Assembly (NCBI GenBank): GCA_016342585.1
Contig: JAEINK010000007.1
Coordinates: 40,042-104,041 of the forward strand
Source: Spirochaetales bacterium
GTDB lineage: Bacteria; Spirochaetota; Spirochaetia; UBA9216
DNA: 64,000 nt
Direction of reading: 5' to 3'
Part shown: in pieces, positions 1-9,686 of the stretch
Layout: the number at the start of each line of letters is the position of its first letter
Numbering within the stretch: position 1 is the stretch's first letter
Made by a program: the position numbers and the translations under genes
Notes under the pieces: model-generated
Told to the model about the DNA's origin: nothing
Database searches by the model: none
What the model saw: only the letters and a program-made list of their open reading frames with translations

Positions 1-693
1 GCCGGAATCGACATTTGGGCAGCTGACACTGATCCCGCAAACTTTCAGGGTATCTCTTTCAACGAACATGAAGCTGGTTACCTGGCTGGTGTTGTTGCCG
101 GTATGATGACCAAAGAGTATGCATCCGCTTCCGACAAATTAAATGATGCAAATGTTCTTGGCATCGTTCTTGGAATGTTCATTCCTCCTGTTGAAAAATT
201 CGAAGTTGGATTTATTGCCGGGGCCAAATCTGTTAATCCCGATGTTGAAATCATCTCTGTTACATCCGGATCCTTTGTTGATCAGGCGAAAGGAAAAGAG
301 GCTGCTTTGGCTATGATCGAGCAGGGTGCTGACATTATTTTCCATGCGGCTGGACTGACAGGTCTTGGTGCAATTAATGCCTGTACTGAAGCCGGTGTTA
401 TGGCTATCGGTGTTGATGTAGACCAGAACAATGTTGCACCTGATACAGTTCTTACTTCCGCAGAGAAGAAAATCGTTCAGGCAACCTACCTTACAGCCAA
501 ATCTGTTATCGATGGTAACTTCAAGAGTGGAAATGCTATCTATGGTATCCAGCAGGATGCTGTAGGAATCTCTCCCTTCCATGGATTTGATTCCATCGTT
601 CCCCAGGCTGTTAAAGATGAAGTTGCAAGAGTTACTTCTGAGATGAAAGCAGGGAATATTGATGTTCCTGTTTCCAGAGCAGACTTAAACTAA
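1..693 (+). CDS. BMP-family (PnrA/Med-like) nucleoside-binding lipoprotein of an ABC transporter; 5' end cut by the window edge
   Basis: Frame 1 is open from base 1 (AGIDIWAADTDPANF...) and runs into the tracked ORF 103..693. Segments GYLAGVVAGMM, GMFIPPVEKFEVGFIAGAKSVNPD, GADIIFHAAGLTGLGAI and GVDVDQ are typical of the Bmp/PnrA binding-protein family. A strong terminator follows. Confidence 0.8.
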   Translation, partial: AGIDIWAADTDPANFQGISFNEHEAGYLAGVVAGMMTKEYASASDKLNDANVLGIVLGMFIPPVEKFEVGFIAGAKSVNPDVEIISVTSGSFVDQAKGKEAALAMIEQGADIIFHAAGLTGLGAINACTEAGVMAIGVDVDQNNVAPDTVLTSAEKKIVQATYLTAKSVIDGNFKSGNAIYGIQQDAVGISPFHGFDSIVPQAVKDEVARVTSEMKAGNIDVPVSRADLN

Positions 694-718
694 TTGTAAT
701 CCGGAATTAGCTTATCAT

Positions 719-757
719 ACCGCCTAAAGAGTGTACTCTTTAGGCGGTTTTTTTTAT
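719..757 (+). terminator. Rho-independent terminator after the Bmp gene
   Basis: 13-bp stem accgcctaaagag / ctctttaggcggt with loop tgta, followed by a run of 9 T. Confidence 0.85.
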
Positions 758-885
758 TCCATACGGGGCTTTGTCTATATTTTGAGGTATAAGAGTTGGG
801 TAGAATCGATTAATTCCTTTAAAATTGGGATTGATACGATTTATTTCGGTATCCATCTTACCTCATTTATATTATCCTTAAATTT

Positions 886-1707
886 ATGAAAGATTTAGCA
901 GGTTTGAAAAGGGCCGCCGATTATATTCTTTCGAAGACGAAATATAATCCGCAGATAGGTATGGTTCTCGGTTCGGGACTTGGGGTTCTTGCCGAAGAGA
1001 TCGAAGATACCGATGTCATTGATTATTCTGATATCCCGGGCTTCCCCGTCTCCACTGTAGAGGGGCATGCCGGAAAGCTGGTAATCGGAATGCTAAAGGG
1101 TAAGTGCGTCCTTGTCCTTCAGGGCAGGTTTCATTATTACGAAGGTTATGATATGGATAAAGTTGTTTTTCCTATCCGGGTCATGCTCCTTCTCGGGATA
1201 AAAAACCTCCTTGTGACGAATGCTGCCGGGGGGATTCCCCGTGACTGGGACCCCGGAGATCTCATGCTGATTACCGATCATATAAACTTTACTGCTGTAA
1301 ATCCTCTTCGGGGAGAAAACATTTCAGATTTTGGTCCACGATTTAACGATATGTCCACAGCCTACACCCCTGTTCTGCAGGATATGGCACGTGAGGTCTC
1401 GTCCAACCTGGGAATAACCCTTCGGGAGGGCGTCTATGTTTTCATGGGCGGACCAAGCTTCGAGACACCTGCAGAGATTCGGATGGTAAATACCATGGGA
1501 GGACATGCTGTCGGAATGTCCACTGTTCCAGAGGTTGTTGTGGCTGCCCACGGTGGAATGAATGTCCTGGGTCTCTCCTGTATATCAAATATGGCCGCAG
1601 GGATCCTCGATCAGCCCCTGAACCATCAGGAAGTTATTGATACCGGAAAAATGGTAAGAGAGAAGTTTTTATCCCTCGTGAAGGGACTTGTCAACAACTG
1701 GGACTAA
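886..1707 (+). CDS. Purine nucleoside phosphorylase (trimeric PNP/PunA type)
   Basis: 273 aa. Contains GSGLG, VEGHAGKLVIG, GRFHYYEGY, VTNAAGG, GPSFETPAE and AVGMSTVPE, the conserved blocks of inosine/guanosine phosphorylases. Confidence 0.9.
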   Translation: MKDLAGLKRAADYILSKTKYNPQIGMVLGSGLGVLAEEIEDTDVIDYSDIPGFPVSTVEGHAGKLVIGMLKGKCVLVLQGRFHYYEGYDMDKVVFPIRVMLLLGIKNLLVTNAAGGIPRDWDPGDLMLITDHINFTAVNPLRGENISDFGPRFNDMSTAYTPVLQDMAREVSSNLGITLREGVYVFMGGPSFETPAEIRMVNTMGGHAVGMSTVPEVVVAAHGGMNVLGLSCISNMAAGILDQPLNHQEVIDTGKMVREKFLSLVKGLVNNWD

Positions 1708-1718
1708 TAGGAGAATTC

Positions 1719-2357
1719 GTGATGACACCAAGAGAAGCTTTTAACAACATACTCGGAGGTGAGGTTATCAATAACCTTGAAAAAAGGGGGTTTGATGCCC
1801 GTTATGTCTCCACTTCGGCAGAAGCTCTGGAACAGGTGAAAAAGATGGTTCCTGATGGTTCTCTTGTTTCCTGGGGAGGAACAATGACTCTGGAGGAGAC
1901 GGGGATCAAGGAATACCTCAAATCTGGCAAATATGATGTCATCGACAGGGCCGCCGCCAATGGACCGGATGAAATCCGGGAGGCTTATCATAAGGCTCTC
2001 AATACGGATTACTACTTTATGAGTACGAACGCCATCACAAGGGATGGGATTCTGGTTAATATTGATGGAAATGGGAACAGGCTTGCCGCTCTGATCTATG
2101 GTCCTGAAAACATTATCATTGTCGCCGGGATGAATAAAATTGTGAATACCGAAGAAGAAGCTGTTCCTCGCATCCAGAATACGGCCTCTCCCTTGAATGC
2201 CCACAGACTTGGACGGCAGACTCCTTGCTTATTGACTGGCTCATGCGGAGATTGTCTCAGTCCCGATTCAATGTGCAGTCATACCGTTGCGACACGCCGT
2301 TCTCATCCAAAGGGGCGGATCAAGGTTATCCTTGTTGGTGAATCTCTAGGGTATTAA
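1719..2357 (+). CDS. LUD-domain (LutC/YkgG-like, DUF162) protein
   Basis: 212 aa. N-terminal LVSWGGTMTLEETG, central NAITRDGILVNIDGNGNR, and a C-terminal Cys cluster CLLTGSCGDCLSPDSMC, as in lactate-utilisation-type LUD proteins. Confidence 0.7.
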   Translation: MMTPREAFNNILGGEVINNLEKRGFDARYVSTSAEALEQVKKMVPDGSLVSWGGTMTLEETGIKEYLKSGKYDVIDRAAANGPDEIREAYHKALNTDYYFMSTNAITRDGILVNIDGNGNRLAALIYGPENIIIVAGMNKIVNTEEEAVPRIQNTASPLNAHRLGRQTPCLLTGSCGDCLSPDSMCSHTVATRRSHPKGRIKVILVGESLGY

Positions 2358-2381
2358 TTCTATAAAATGATAATTTTATAA

Positions 2382-2418
2382 AGCAGTCGAAGATGAGATC
2401 TTCCGACTGCTTTTTTTT
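2382..2418 (+). terminator. Rho-independent terminator after the LUD gene
   Basis: Stem agcagtcgaagat / atctt(c)cgactgct with loop gag and one bulge, then 8 T. Confidence 0.8.
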
Positions 2419-2453
2419 ACTCTTTTAAAAATTTGTTAGGCTTCCTGTGGTTT

Positions 2454-3002
2454 TTAATCCGAGGCAATGAGACTTCCGAATATGGTATTCGCTTCAATGT
2501 AGAGGCTGTGGCCTCCCCGGGATCCATCCTGTCGGAATGTCTTCTCGCCAAAAGCCGCTGTATTGCCGTCAGGGTAGTTGCTTGCTCCGAAGATAGTTGT
2601 ACCTTTCAGGGTTGTCTGAGTATCCCGGGGAAGAAGGAGCTCTGCCGACCCGAAAATAACCGAAACCTCAATATTTATTGGATCCTTTTCCGGATCCCAT
2701 GCTCTGAGGTCGATAACATCTTTGCCAAAGATAATATTATACTGCCTCTGGATCGGTCCATTCTCAAACTCATCGCTGCTGAAAATCGTTGTCACACCAC
2801 TTTTTTCTCTGTATACGTGACTGCGGAACATACCCCGTCCTGTAAGGAGGGATATCCCGAACAGGATAACAATGGCCGCAAAGAAAACTCTTCCCAGATG
2901 AAGATCTATATGGAAAACTGTTTTCACAATCACTGAAATTCCAAATAAAATAAGGAGGACACCCCAAAAAAGGCCCCCGAATAAAAATCCATTCATACGC
3001 AT
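2454..3002 (-). CDS. LiaF-like (DUF2154) membrane protein
   Basis: 182 aa. Two N-terminal TM helices, then a repetitive beta-type C-terminal domain with recurring IFG motifs (NIIFGKD, VSVIFGSAELLLP, GTTIFGAS, ANTIFGS), as in LiaF/YvqF C-terminal domains. Confidence 0.5.
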   Translation of the reverse strand: MRMNGFLFGGLFWGVLLILFGISVIVKTVFHIDLHLGRVFFAAIVILFGISLLTGRGMFRSHVYREKSGVTTIFSSDEFENGPIQRQYNIIFGKDVIDLRAWDPEKDPINIEVSVIFGSAELLLPRDTQTTLKGTTIFGASNYPDGNTAAFGEKTFRQDGSRGGHSLYIEANTIFGSLIASD

Positions 3003-3136
3003 TATTTATCTCCTTTCCTCTCTTCAACAATATTCTACTCTTGAAGTGTTACTATTATTTAAAAATTGGTATACATTTTTATGAAATATAATCTAATGAG
3101 AACAATCTGAGCAAAGGATAGAAACCTGGAGGACTC

Positions 3137-3796
3137 ATGGGGATCAAGGCTGTAATTTTTGACATGGATGGACTTCTTTTTGATACGGAATCGCTCTATA
3201 TCGGGGAATCAAAAAAAATCGTTGAATCAATGGGTCATCATATACCGGATGCTGTTTATCTTGATTGTGTAGGGGCAAGCCATCCCAGAACTAGGGAGAT
3301 CTTGATCGAAAATCTGGGCGGTGATTTCCCCCTTGAAGAGTGGGAAAAGAGGATCCATCATCAGGTGATAGAACATCTTGAAACCAGGGGTGTTGATAAA
3401 AAGAGCGGTGTTGATGGGATCCTTAGTGCTTTGAAGGCTCAACATATTCCTATGGCTGTCGCCAGCTCAACCCGCAGGAAAAATGTGGAAGGGCTCCTTA
3501 AACTGGGCGGGATCCGGGACTATTTTGATTACCTTGTCTGTGGTGATGAGGTTAAACATTCGAAACCGGACCCGGAAATTTTCCTTAAGGCCGCCGGAGC
3601 TCTGGAGATTAAACCTGCGAATTGCCTTGTTTTTGAAGATTCATTTCAGGGGATCCGGGCTGCCAATGCCGCAGGAATGCGTCCTGTTATGATTCCTGAT
3701 CTGAAACAGCCTGATAGTGAGATTTCCGGATTATGCTTCAGGGTTTGTGATTCCCTTCTCACGGCTGAAAATCTCCTGTCGGAGCTCTTAAGTTGA
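3137..3796 (+). CDS. HAD-IA family hydrolase (phosphatase / beta-PGM-like)
   Basis: Motif I FDMDGLLFDTE, motif II VASST, motif III/IV K...FEDS..G..AA.AAGM. Confidence 0.8.
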   Translation: MGIKAVIFDMDGLLFDTESLYIGESKKIVESMGHHIPDAVYLDCVGASHPRTREILIENLGGDFPLEEWEKRIHHQVIEHLETRGVDKKSGVDGILSALKAQHIPMAVASSTRRKNVEGLLKLGGIRDYFDYLVCGDEVKHSKPDPEIFLKAAGALEIKPANCLVFEDSFQGIRAANAAGMRPVMIPDLKQPDSEISGLCFRVCDSLLTAENLLSELLS

Positions 3797-3804
3797 TGAG
3801 GGTA

Positions 3805-4824
3805 CTATAGTGGAGCTTTCAGAACAGGAAGGATAATCTCTGTTTTATTATTATTTTCTTGAATATCGGTACTTCCTCCTCCCGTTATATCCGCTATAAG
3901 TTTTGTAACAGCCCTTCGGTATATTCTGTTTAATCTAAGATCGACAGTAGCCGGGTTCTCATTAAAGAGGGGAAGAACGGGAAGATTGTCATAGCCTGCC
4001 ATGGCAATGTCTTCGGGAATGGGCACTTCTTTGTCTCCTGTCATGATCCCCAGCAGGGTCATATCGTTTACAAACCCGATACCGTCTATTTTATTCTTAA
4101 CTATAAATTTTCTGATTTCCGCCGCCCGGGCTCTTGCCTCTTCAAGGCCGGATAGATCATCGATAAGCAGGAGGTTTTTCCGACCGTAAACCTCTATAAA
4201 CCCCTCCATTCTCTTTCTATCGGCCGGTACCTCATCTATCCTCCCTGTGATATAGAGGGGCGTCTGAACCCCCCTTCCCTGAAGCCAGCGGGCTTGTATT
4301 CGACCTCCTTCAAGGTTGTCGGTCCTCACTGCCGGGTGAGATCCCAGGTCCTCCGTATGATGGCAGATTATATAGGGCTTTTTTAAGGCTGATAGAGCTT
4401 GGGCCTCATGTTCAGTATCCACATCGTATCCGATGATTCCGTCGGACTGTTTCAAGGATTCAAGATCGCCCTCTGTTTCAATTGTCTGGATCTGAAGGTG
4501 GAACATGGATTGGGACACTTCATCCATAACCGATCTGATAACATCGGCATACATCCATTTTAGAAGGGGCTGGTTTCCCCAGTAGTAGGGTCTATCCTTT
4601 TTCCTGAATGCTGCCAGAGTAATCGTTCCGGATCCCCGGCGTCGCAGGCTGCTGGCTTGTCTATTTGGCTCATAGCCCAGGGTTTCCGCCGCACTGAGAA
4701 CCTTTTCGGCTTTTTCGGGGGATACGGAATCGGGATTATTATAAACCCGGGAGACAGTAGCGGAGCTGACACCTGCTTTTTCAGCCACATCGTTTCTGGT
4801 TGGTCTTGACAATGGATCGTTCAT
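3805..4824 (-). CDS. LacI/GalR-family transcriptional regulator
   Basis: N-terminal HTH TRNDVAEKAGVSSATVSRVYNNP...LGYEPNRQASSLRR, followed by a periplasmic-binding-protein-like sugar-binding core. Divergent from the gal operon. Confidence 0.9.
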   Translation of the reverse strand: MNDPLSRPTRNDVAEKAGVSSATVSRVYNNPDSVSPEKAEKVLSAAETLGYEPNRQASSLRRRGSGTITLAAFRKKDRPYYWGNQPLLKWMYADVIRSVMDEVSQSMFHLQIQTIETEGDLESLKQSDGIIGYDVDTEHEAQALSALKKPYIICHHTEDLGSHPAVRTDNLEGGRIQARWLQGRGVQTPLYITGRIDEVPADRKRMEGFIEVYGRKNLLLIDDLSGLEEARARAAEIRKFIVKNKIDGIGFVNDMTLLGIMTGDKEVPIPEDIAMAGYDNLPVLPLFNENPATVDLRLNRIYRRAVTKLIADITGGGSTDIQENNNKTEIILPVLKAPL

Positions 4825-4831
4825 ATATCAT

Positions 4832-4849
4832 AATGTACACGTGTACATT
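4832..4849. promoter_or_regulatory. Candidate LacI/GalR-type operator (perfect 18-bp palindrome)
   Basis: aatgtacac|gtgtacatt is a perfect inverted repeat with a central CG, as in LacI-family operators. It lies 8 bp upstream of the regulator start codon and 77 bp upstream of galT. Confidence 0.65.
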
Positions 4850-4925
4850 GCCTGTGTCAACTTAAAAGCAATCATATTTAGATATACTTAATAGTGGATT
4901 TCCAAACCGCTTACAGGAGGAATCA

Positions 4926-5978
4926 ATGAATTTGAATGAGAATCCCCACAGAAGATATAACCCCCTATCGGGTGAGTGGGTCAAAGTCTCCCCCCATCGA
5001 ACCAAAAGACCCTGGGATGGTCAGGTAGAAGATCCGGTCATCGACGATTTGCCTGCCCACGATTCCGGTTGTTATCTCTGCCCCGGCAACACCAGGGCGG
5101 GTGGTCATAAAAACCCCGATTATAAAGAAACTTTCATCTTCGATAATGATTTTGCCGCCCTCCTGCCAGAACAGTTGAAAGGTGACACTGAGGTCAATAA
5201 AGCTGGCGGTCTAGTCCGGGCTTCTGCCGACCGGGGGCTTTGCCGGGTTCTCTGCTTTTCTCCCAGACACGATTTGACATTGGCCCGAATGAGCTGTGAA
5301 GAAATTCAGACAGTTGTTAAAATGTGGACCGATCAATATGAAGAGATTGGATCAAAAGATTTCATCAATCATGTACAGATCTTTGAAAACAGAGGAGCCA
5401 TGATGGGGTGTTCAAATCCCCATCCTCACGGCCAGATCTGGGCGGAAGAGGCGATTCCTGATCTTCCAGCCAGAGAGATCAATAATCAAAAAGCGTATTT
5501 TGTCAAAAAGGGGAGCCAGATGCTTTCCGATTATCTCACCTTCGAGTTGGGTGAAAAGGAGAGGATTGTCTATCAAAATGATCACTTCGCTGTCCTTGTC
5601 CCCTTCTGGGCTCTCTGGCCCTTTGAAACCATGATTCTGCCAAAGCGGAATATCTCTTCCCTTTCGGAAATGACCGATCATGAATGTGCCTCGCTGGCCG
5701 AGGCAATCAGGATTCTCGGGATCAAATATGACAACCTTTTCTCCACCAGTTTTCCCTACTCCATGGGTATTCATCAGGCGCCCACCGATGGGGAAGAGCA
5801 CCCCGAACTGACCCTGCATTTCCACTACTTCCCCCCCTTGCTCAGGTCGGCTACGGTTAAGAAGTTTATGGTGGGATATGAACTCATGGCCATGGCCCAG
5901 CGGGATATTACATCCGAACTGAGTGCGGCTCGCCTCCGGGAACTTCCTGAAGTACATTTCAGGGATAGATTGAAATAG
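4926..5978 (+). CDS. galT: Galactose-1-phosphate uridylyltransferase (HIT-type, class I)
   Basis: 350 aa. Zinc motif CYLCPGN and active site CSNPHPHGQIWA. RBS aggagg upstream. Confidence 0.95.
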   Translation: MNLNENPHRRYNPLSGEWVKVSPHRTKRPWDGQVEDPVIDDLPAHDSGCYLCPGNTRAGGHKNPDYKETFIFDNDFAALLPEQLKGDTEVNKAGGLVRASADRGLCRVLCFSPRHDLTLARMSCEEIQTVVKMWTDQYEEIGSKDFINHVQIFENRGAMMGCSNPHPHGQIWAEEAIPDLPAREINNQKAYFVKKGSQMLSDYLTFELGEKERIVYQNDHFAVLVPFWALWPFETMILPKRNISSLSEMTDHECASLAEAIRILGIKYDNLFSTSFPYSMGIHQAPTDGEEHPELTLHFHYFPPLLRSATVKKFMVGYELMAMAQRDITSELSAARLRELPEVHFRDRLK

Positions 5979-6002
5979 AGGATTCAAGGAGAAGTTACAA
6001 GA

Positions 6003-7295
6003 ATGAAGAGCATTGCAGATATAAAGAGTTACCTTCTCTCCAGAGAGGGAATAGAAAAATTAAAGGTGATCTATGGCGGTCATGAGATAGAGAAAGAACA
6101 GAAGAGGTGTCTGGAACTTCTGAATCTCCATGAGTCAAATTTCCCCAATGTCTCCGGATCTCAGGCAAATGGGCTTTTTTCATCACCGGGAAGAACTGAG
6201 ATTGGCGGGAATCATACGGATCACAATCTGGGCAAAGTCCTGGCAGCGGGTGTTGATCTGGATACCCTTGGGGCTGCCACGGCTGTGAACGAAAAAATGG
6301 TAACAATAAATTCTGAAGGGTATCCCGTTTTTCAGGTGGACCTTTTAAATTTGGAGCCGGTTGAGTCTGAAAAGGAGACCCCGAACTCTCTGGTAAGGGG
6401 AATTGCCCGATATTTTATCGACAAAGGATATAAAATCGGTGGATTCAACTGTTCGGTCACTTCCAGGGTTCTCCCCGGTTCCGGCCTTTCCTCCTCCGCT
6501 TCATTCGAGGTGCTGGTAGCTGCCGTTTTCAACGGTCTGTTCAACGACAATAACATTACAAATGAAGAGATGGCTCAGGCCGGCAAGTTCGCTGAAAATA
6601 ACTACTATGGGAAACCTTCCGGCCTAATGGATCAGATGGCATGCTCCCTGGGTGGCATTGCCGGTCTTGATTTTAAGGTCCCGGCAAAACCCGGAATTCG
6701 TCAGCTCAATGTTGATTTTTCTGAACTTGGTTATGCCCTTATCGTAACGGACACGCAGGGGGACCACGCGGACCTCTCTTATGCCTACGCTTCCATGCCA
6801 AAGGAGATGAAGGTGGTGGCCGAATTTCTGGGCGGAAAGACCTGTAGGGATATCACCATGGATCAGCTCCTATCAAAGAGTTCTGAGGTTCGAAATTCCT
6901 GTGGTGACAGGGCCTTTTTAAGGGCCTACCACTACCTGAAAGAGAATGATCGGGTCGATGCCCAGCTTGCCGCCCTGGAGCAGGGTGACGGCACCAGATT
7001 CATAAACCTTGTTAATGAGTCGGGGCGATCTTCATCCCGTTATCTACAGAATATCTCGATCCCCGGGGATGATAAATCACAGAATATTGCGGTCGCCATT
7101 GCCGTTGCCGAGGATGTGCTTGGTGATCGAGGCGCTGTCCGGGTTCATGGCGGAGGTTTTGAGGGAACAACCCTTGCCGTGGTTCCTTTAGATCTGATAA
7201 AAGAATATACTTCCCGTATGAATCTTGTTTTCGGTGAAGGTTCTGCCATTGAAATTGCCGTTAGAAATGCACCTGCCGGAATGATTGCAGGTTAA
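6003..7295 (+). CDS. galK: Galactokinase (GHMP kinase, long form)
   Basis: Galactokinase signature GRTEIGGNHTDHN and GHMP motif PGSGLSSSASFEV. Confidence 0.9.
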   Translation: MKSIADIKSYLLSREGIEKLKVIYGGHEIEKEQKRCLELLNLHESNFPNVSGSQANGLFSSPGRTEIGGNHTDHNLGKVLAAGVDLDTLGAATAVNEKMVTINSEGYPVFQVDLLNLEPVESEKETPNSLVRGIARYFIDKGYKIGGFNCSVTSRVLPGSGLSSSASFEVLVAAVFNGLFNDNNITNEEMAQAGKFAENNYYGKPSGLMDQMACSLGGIAGLDFKVPAKPGIRQLNVDFSELGYALIVTDTQGDHADLSYAYASMPKEMKVVAEFLGGKTCRDITMDQLLSKSSEVRNSCGDRAFLRAYHYLKENDRVDAQLAALEQGDGTRFINLVNESGRSSSRYLQNISIPGDDKSQNIAVAIAVAEDVLGDRGAVRVHGGGFEGTTLAVVPLDLIKEYTSRMNLVFGEGSAIEIAVRNAPAGMIAG

Positions 7296-7305
7296 GGAGT
7301 TAGAA

Positions 7306-8280
7306 GTGAAAATACTTGTTGTCGGCGGAGCCGGCTATATAGGAAGCCATGTTGTGAAGGCCCTTCTGAAGGCGGGGCATGATGTTACTGTTTTTGATAA
7401 TATGTCATCCGGCAGGGAGGAGAACCTTTTTCCCCAGGCAGGATTTATCAGGGGTGATATCCTGAATACTAAAGATCTGGATAGCTGTCTCTCTCAGGGG
7501 TGGGATGCGGCGATTCATCTGGCAGCCTTTAAGGCGGCCGGTGAATCCATGTTGAAGCCGGAAAAATATTCTATCAATAATATTACAGGAACCTTGAACC
7601 TGTTGAATGGTTTTGCTGAATATGGTGTAAAAAAGGTCGTTTTCTCTTCTTCGGCGGCCATTTACGGTGAACCCCAATATCTGCCCATCGATGAAAACCA
7701 TCCCAAGGATCCGGAGAACTATTATGGTTTTACCAAGCTTGAGATCGAAAGGTTTCTACATTGGTATGACAAACTTAAGGGCATCAGATTTGCTGCTCTC
7801 CGTTATTTCAATGCCGCCGGTTATGACATCGATGGTGAGATAAAAGGTCTCGAACAGAATCCGGCCAACCTACTCCCTGTCATTATGGAGGCCGCCGCCG
7901 GATGGCGTGAGGCTCTCAAGGTTTTCGGTAATGATTATGATACCAAAGACGGAACAGGGGTCAGGGACTATGTCCATGTCTCAGACCTTGCCGACGGGCA
8001 TGTGAAGGCCCTGAATTACATTACCGAAAAAGATGAAAGCCTTATCGTCAACCTGGGAAGTGAAGAGGGCTTAAGCGTACTTCAGCTCCTTGAAGCTGCC
8101 AGAAAGGTTTCCGGACGGGAAATCCCTGCCGATATTGTTGAACGGAGACCGGGAGATCCTGCCAAGCTGGTGGCCTCATCCAGTCTTGCCAAAGAACTTC
8201 TCGGCTGGGAGGCAAAATACAGTGATGTGGAAAGCCTTGTGAGAACCTCATGGGATGCCTATAAGGATGCTAAAAAATAG
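7306..8280 (+). CDS. galE: UDP-glucose 4-epimerase
   Basis: VKILVVGGAGYIGSH Rossmann motif, YGFTK catalytic YxxxK, and DGTGVRDYVHVSDLA. I prefer the GTG at 7306 (aaggag 6 nt upstream) over the tracked TTG at 7285, which overlaps the galK stop. Confidence 0.9.
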   Translation: MKILVVGGAGYIGSHVVKALLKAGHDVTVFDNMSSGREENLFPQAGFIRGDILNTKDLDSCLSQGWDAAIHLAAFKAAGESMLKPEKYSINNITGTLNLLNGFAEYGVKKVVFSSSAAIYGEPQYLPIDENHPKDPENYYGFTKLEIERFLHWYDKLKGIRFAALRYFNAAGYDIDGEIKGLEQNPANLLPVIMEAAAGWREALKVFGNDYDTKDGTGVRDYVHVSDLADGHVKALNYITEKDESLIVNLGSEEGLSVLQLLEAARKVSGREIPADIVERRPGDPAKLVASSSLAKELLGWEAKYSDVESLVRTSWDAYKDAKK

Positions 8281-8326
8281 ATTGACAGTGGGTTCAAAAG
8301 GAGCTTTGTACAAGTTCTGAATAAAG

Positions 8327-8367
8327 AAGGCCTTTCCAGGTTTATACCCGGGAAAGGCCTTTTTTTA
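8327..8367. terminator. Bidirectional terminator between galE (+) and pspF (-)
   Basis: Stem aaggcctttcc.gg / cc.gggaaaggcctt. A T-run follows on the plus strand and an A-rich tract precedes it. A second hairpin, gtgggg-ttttata-ccccac, lies just downstream. Confidence 0.7.
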
Positions 8368-8408
8368 TTCGAGTGGGGTTTTATACCCCACAGTTTGCTT
8401 TTAGAAAA

Positions 8409-9446
8409 TTATTCTGAAACCGGTCCATGTTTTCGATAGAGACCCCGGAACTGATCATAGGTCAGTTTCAGGAGTTCGGCAGCCTTTTTCTGGTTGTATT
8501 GGGCTTTCTGCATGGCGGCTTTTAAATACTGAAGTTCTATTTCCTTCATATTTTCCTTGAAGAGGCTCAAATCTTCCGGTGCTCTGGTTTGATTCTCCGT
8601 TTCTGATCCATCATGATTGGTATTTTCTTCTATGTTATCCCTGGCTTTCTCATCGGTTCCTTCGATCTGGTATGGATTCAGAAAGGGATCCAGGACGAGT
8701 TCATCGATAACACCATTTTCACTTGAATAGACAGCCCGTTCGATAACATTTTTCAGTTCCCGGATATTTCCCGGCCAGTCATACATAAGCAATGTCTGAA
8801 GAACCCTCTCGGATACGGAAAAATCATCGGGCATCCCGATTTCCCTGGCCATCCTTAGACCAAAATGCCTGGCCAGGAGACCAATATCCTCACTTCTGTG
8901 CCGTAAAGGGGGGAGGAAGAGCACTTCAAAGGAGAGGCGATCGAGCAGGTCGGCTTTGAATCTACCCTCCTGAACGAGGGCCGGCAGATCGGCATTGGTG
9001 GCCCCGATGATTCGGACATCCGATTCAATAGTTCGGGAACTCCCCACCCTCTCATACTCACCATATTCAACCACCCTGAGGATCTTTTCCTGAACCTCCA
9101 GGGGGATGAGACCAATCTCATCAAGGAAAAGGGTCCCTCCGTCTGCCTCCTCAAAACGTCCAATCCTTCGCCCCTTTGCCCCGGTGAAGGCTCCGGCTTC
9201 ATGACCGAAAAGTTCAGTTTCGATAAGGGAGGGGGGAAGGGCGGAGCAGTTTAAGGTAACCAGTGGGGCCTCCCATCGGGGAGACAGGTAGTGGAGTCTG
9301 GAGGCGGCAAGTTCTTTTCCGGAACCTCGCTCTCCTATAATGAGTACGGATCTGTTTACTTTTGCGACCCGGCTTAACTTTTGCTGAAACTCAATGAAAG
9401 ATTTGGACTGGCCGAGGGCATCATCTCTATGTTTTGAATTATTCAT
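8409..9446 (-). CDS. pspF: Sigma-54-dependent activator without receiver domain (PspF-like bEBP)
   Basis: The AAA+ core starts almost at the N-terminus. Contains Walker A GERGSGKE, the GAFTGA loop (HEAGAFTGA), Walker B LFLDEI and a C-terminal Fis-type HTH (AAELLKLTYDQFRGLYRKH). Divergent from pspA. Confidence 0.85.
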   Translation of the reverse strand: MNNSKHRDDALGQSKSFIEFQQKLSRVAKVNRSVLIIGERGSGKELAASRLHYLSPRWEAPLVTLNCSALPPSLIETELFGHEAGAFTGAKGRRIGRFEEADGGTLFLDEIGLIPLEVQEKILRVVEYGEYERVGSSRTIESDVRIIGATNADLPALVQEGRFKADLLDRLSFEVLFLPPLRHRSEDIGLLARHFGLRMAREIGMPDDFSVSERVLQTLLMYDWPGNIRELKNVIERAVYSSENGVIDELVLDPFLNPYQIEGTDEKARDNIEENTNHDGSETENQTRAPEDLSLFKENMKEIELQYLKAAMQKAQYNQKKAAELLKLTYDQFRGLYRKHGPVSE

Positions 9447-9633
9447 ATGGTAAAATATACCTTTAGTTGGTCAATAAAGCCAGAATATTAATAATATTTA
9501 TGACGGCTCACGGACTTTTCAAGGGACTGAAGTTTTTCTCTGATCCTTTATTAAAAAAAATATTTTCCATAATTACTTAAAGCGTAAGCAATTATCAGTT
9601 TCTATCGAAAAAAAGAAAATTTAAAATGAATAT

Positions 9634-9649
9634 TGGCACGTTCCTTGCA
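9634..9649 (+). promoter_or_regulatory. Sigma-54 (-24/-12) promoter of pspA
   Basis: tggcacgttccttgca matches TGGCAC-N5-TTGCA exactly. It lies about 38 bp upstream of the pspA ATG. Confidence 0.85.
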
Positions 9650-9686
9650 ATATAAAGAGTAAGACAACCAAATATGGAGGAAAGAT

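Noticed and set aside
2433-2936. 167-aa plus-strand ORF.
   Set aside because: It fully overlaps the minus-strand LiaF-like gene, which has TM helices and a repeat pattern. It starts inside the upstream terminator region and has no RBS.
7285-7305. Tracked TTG start for galE at 7285, overlapping the galK stop.
   Set aside because: The GTG at 7306 has aaggag at ideal spacing and gives the canonical MKILVxGGAGYIG N-terminus.
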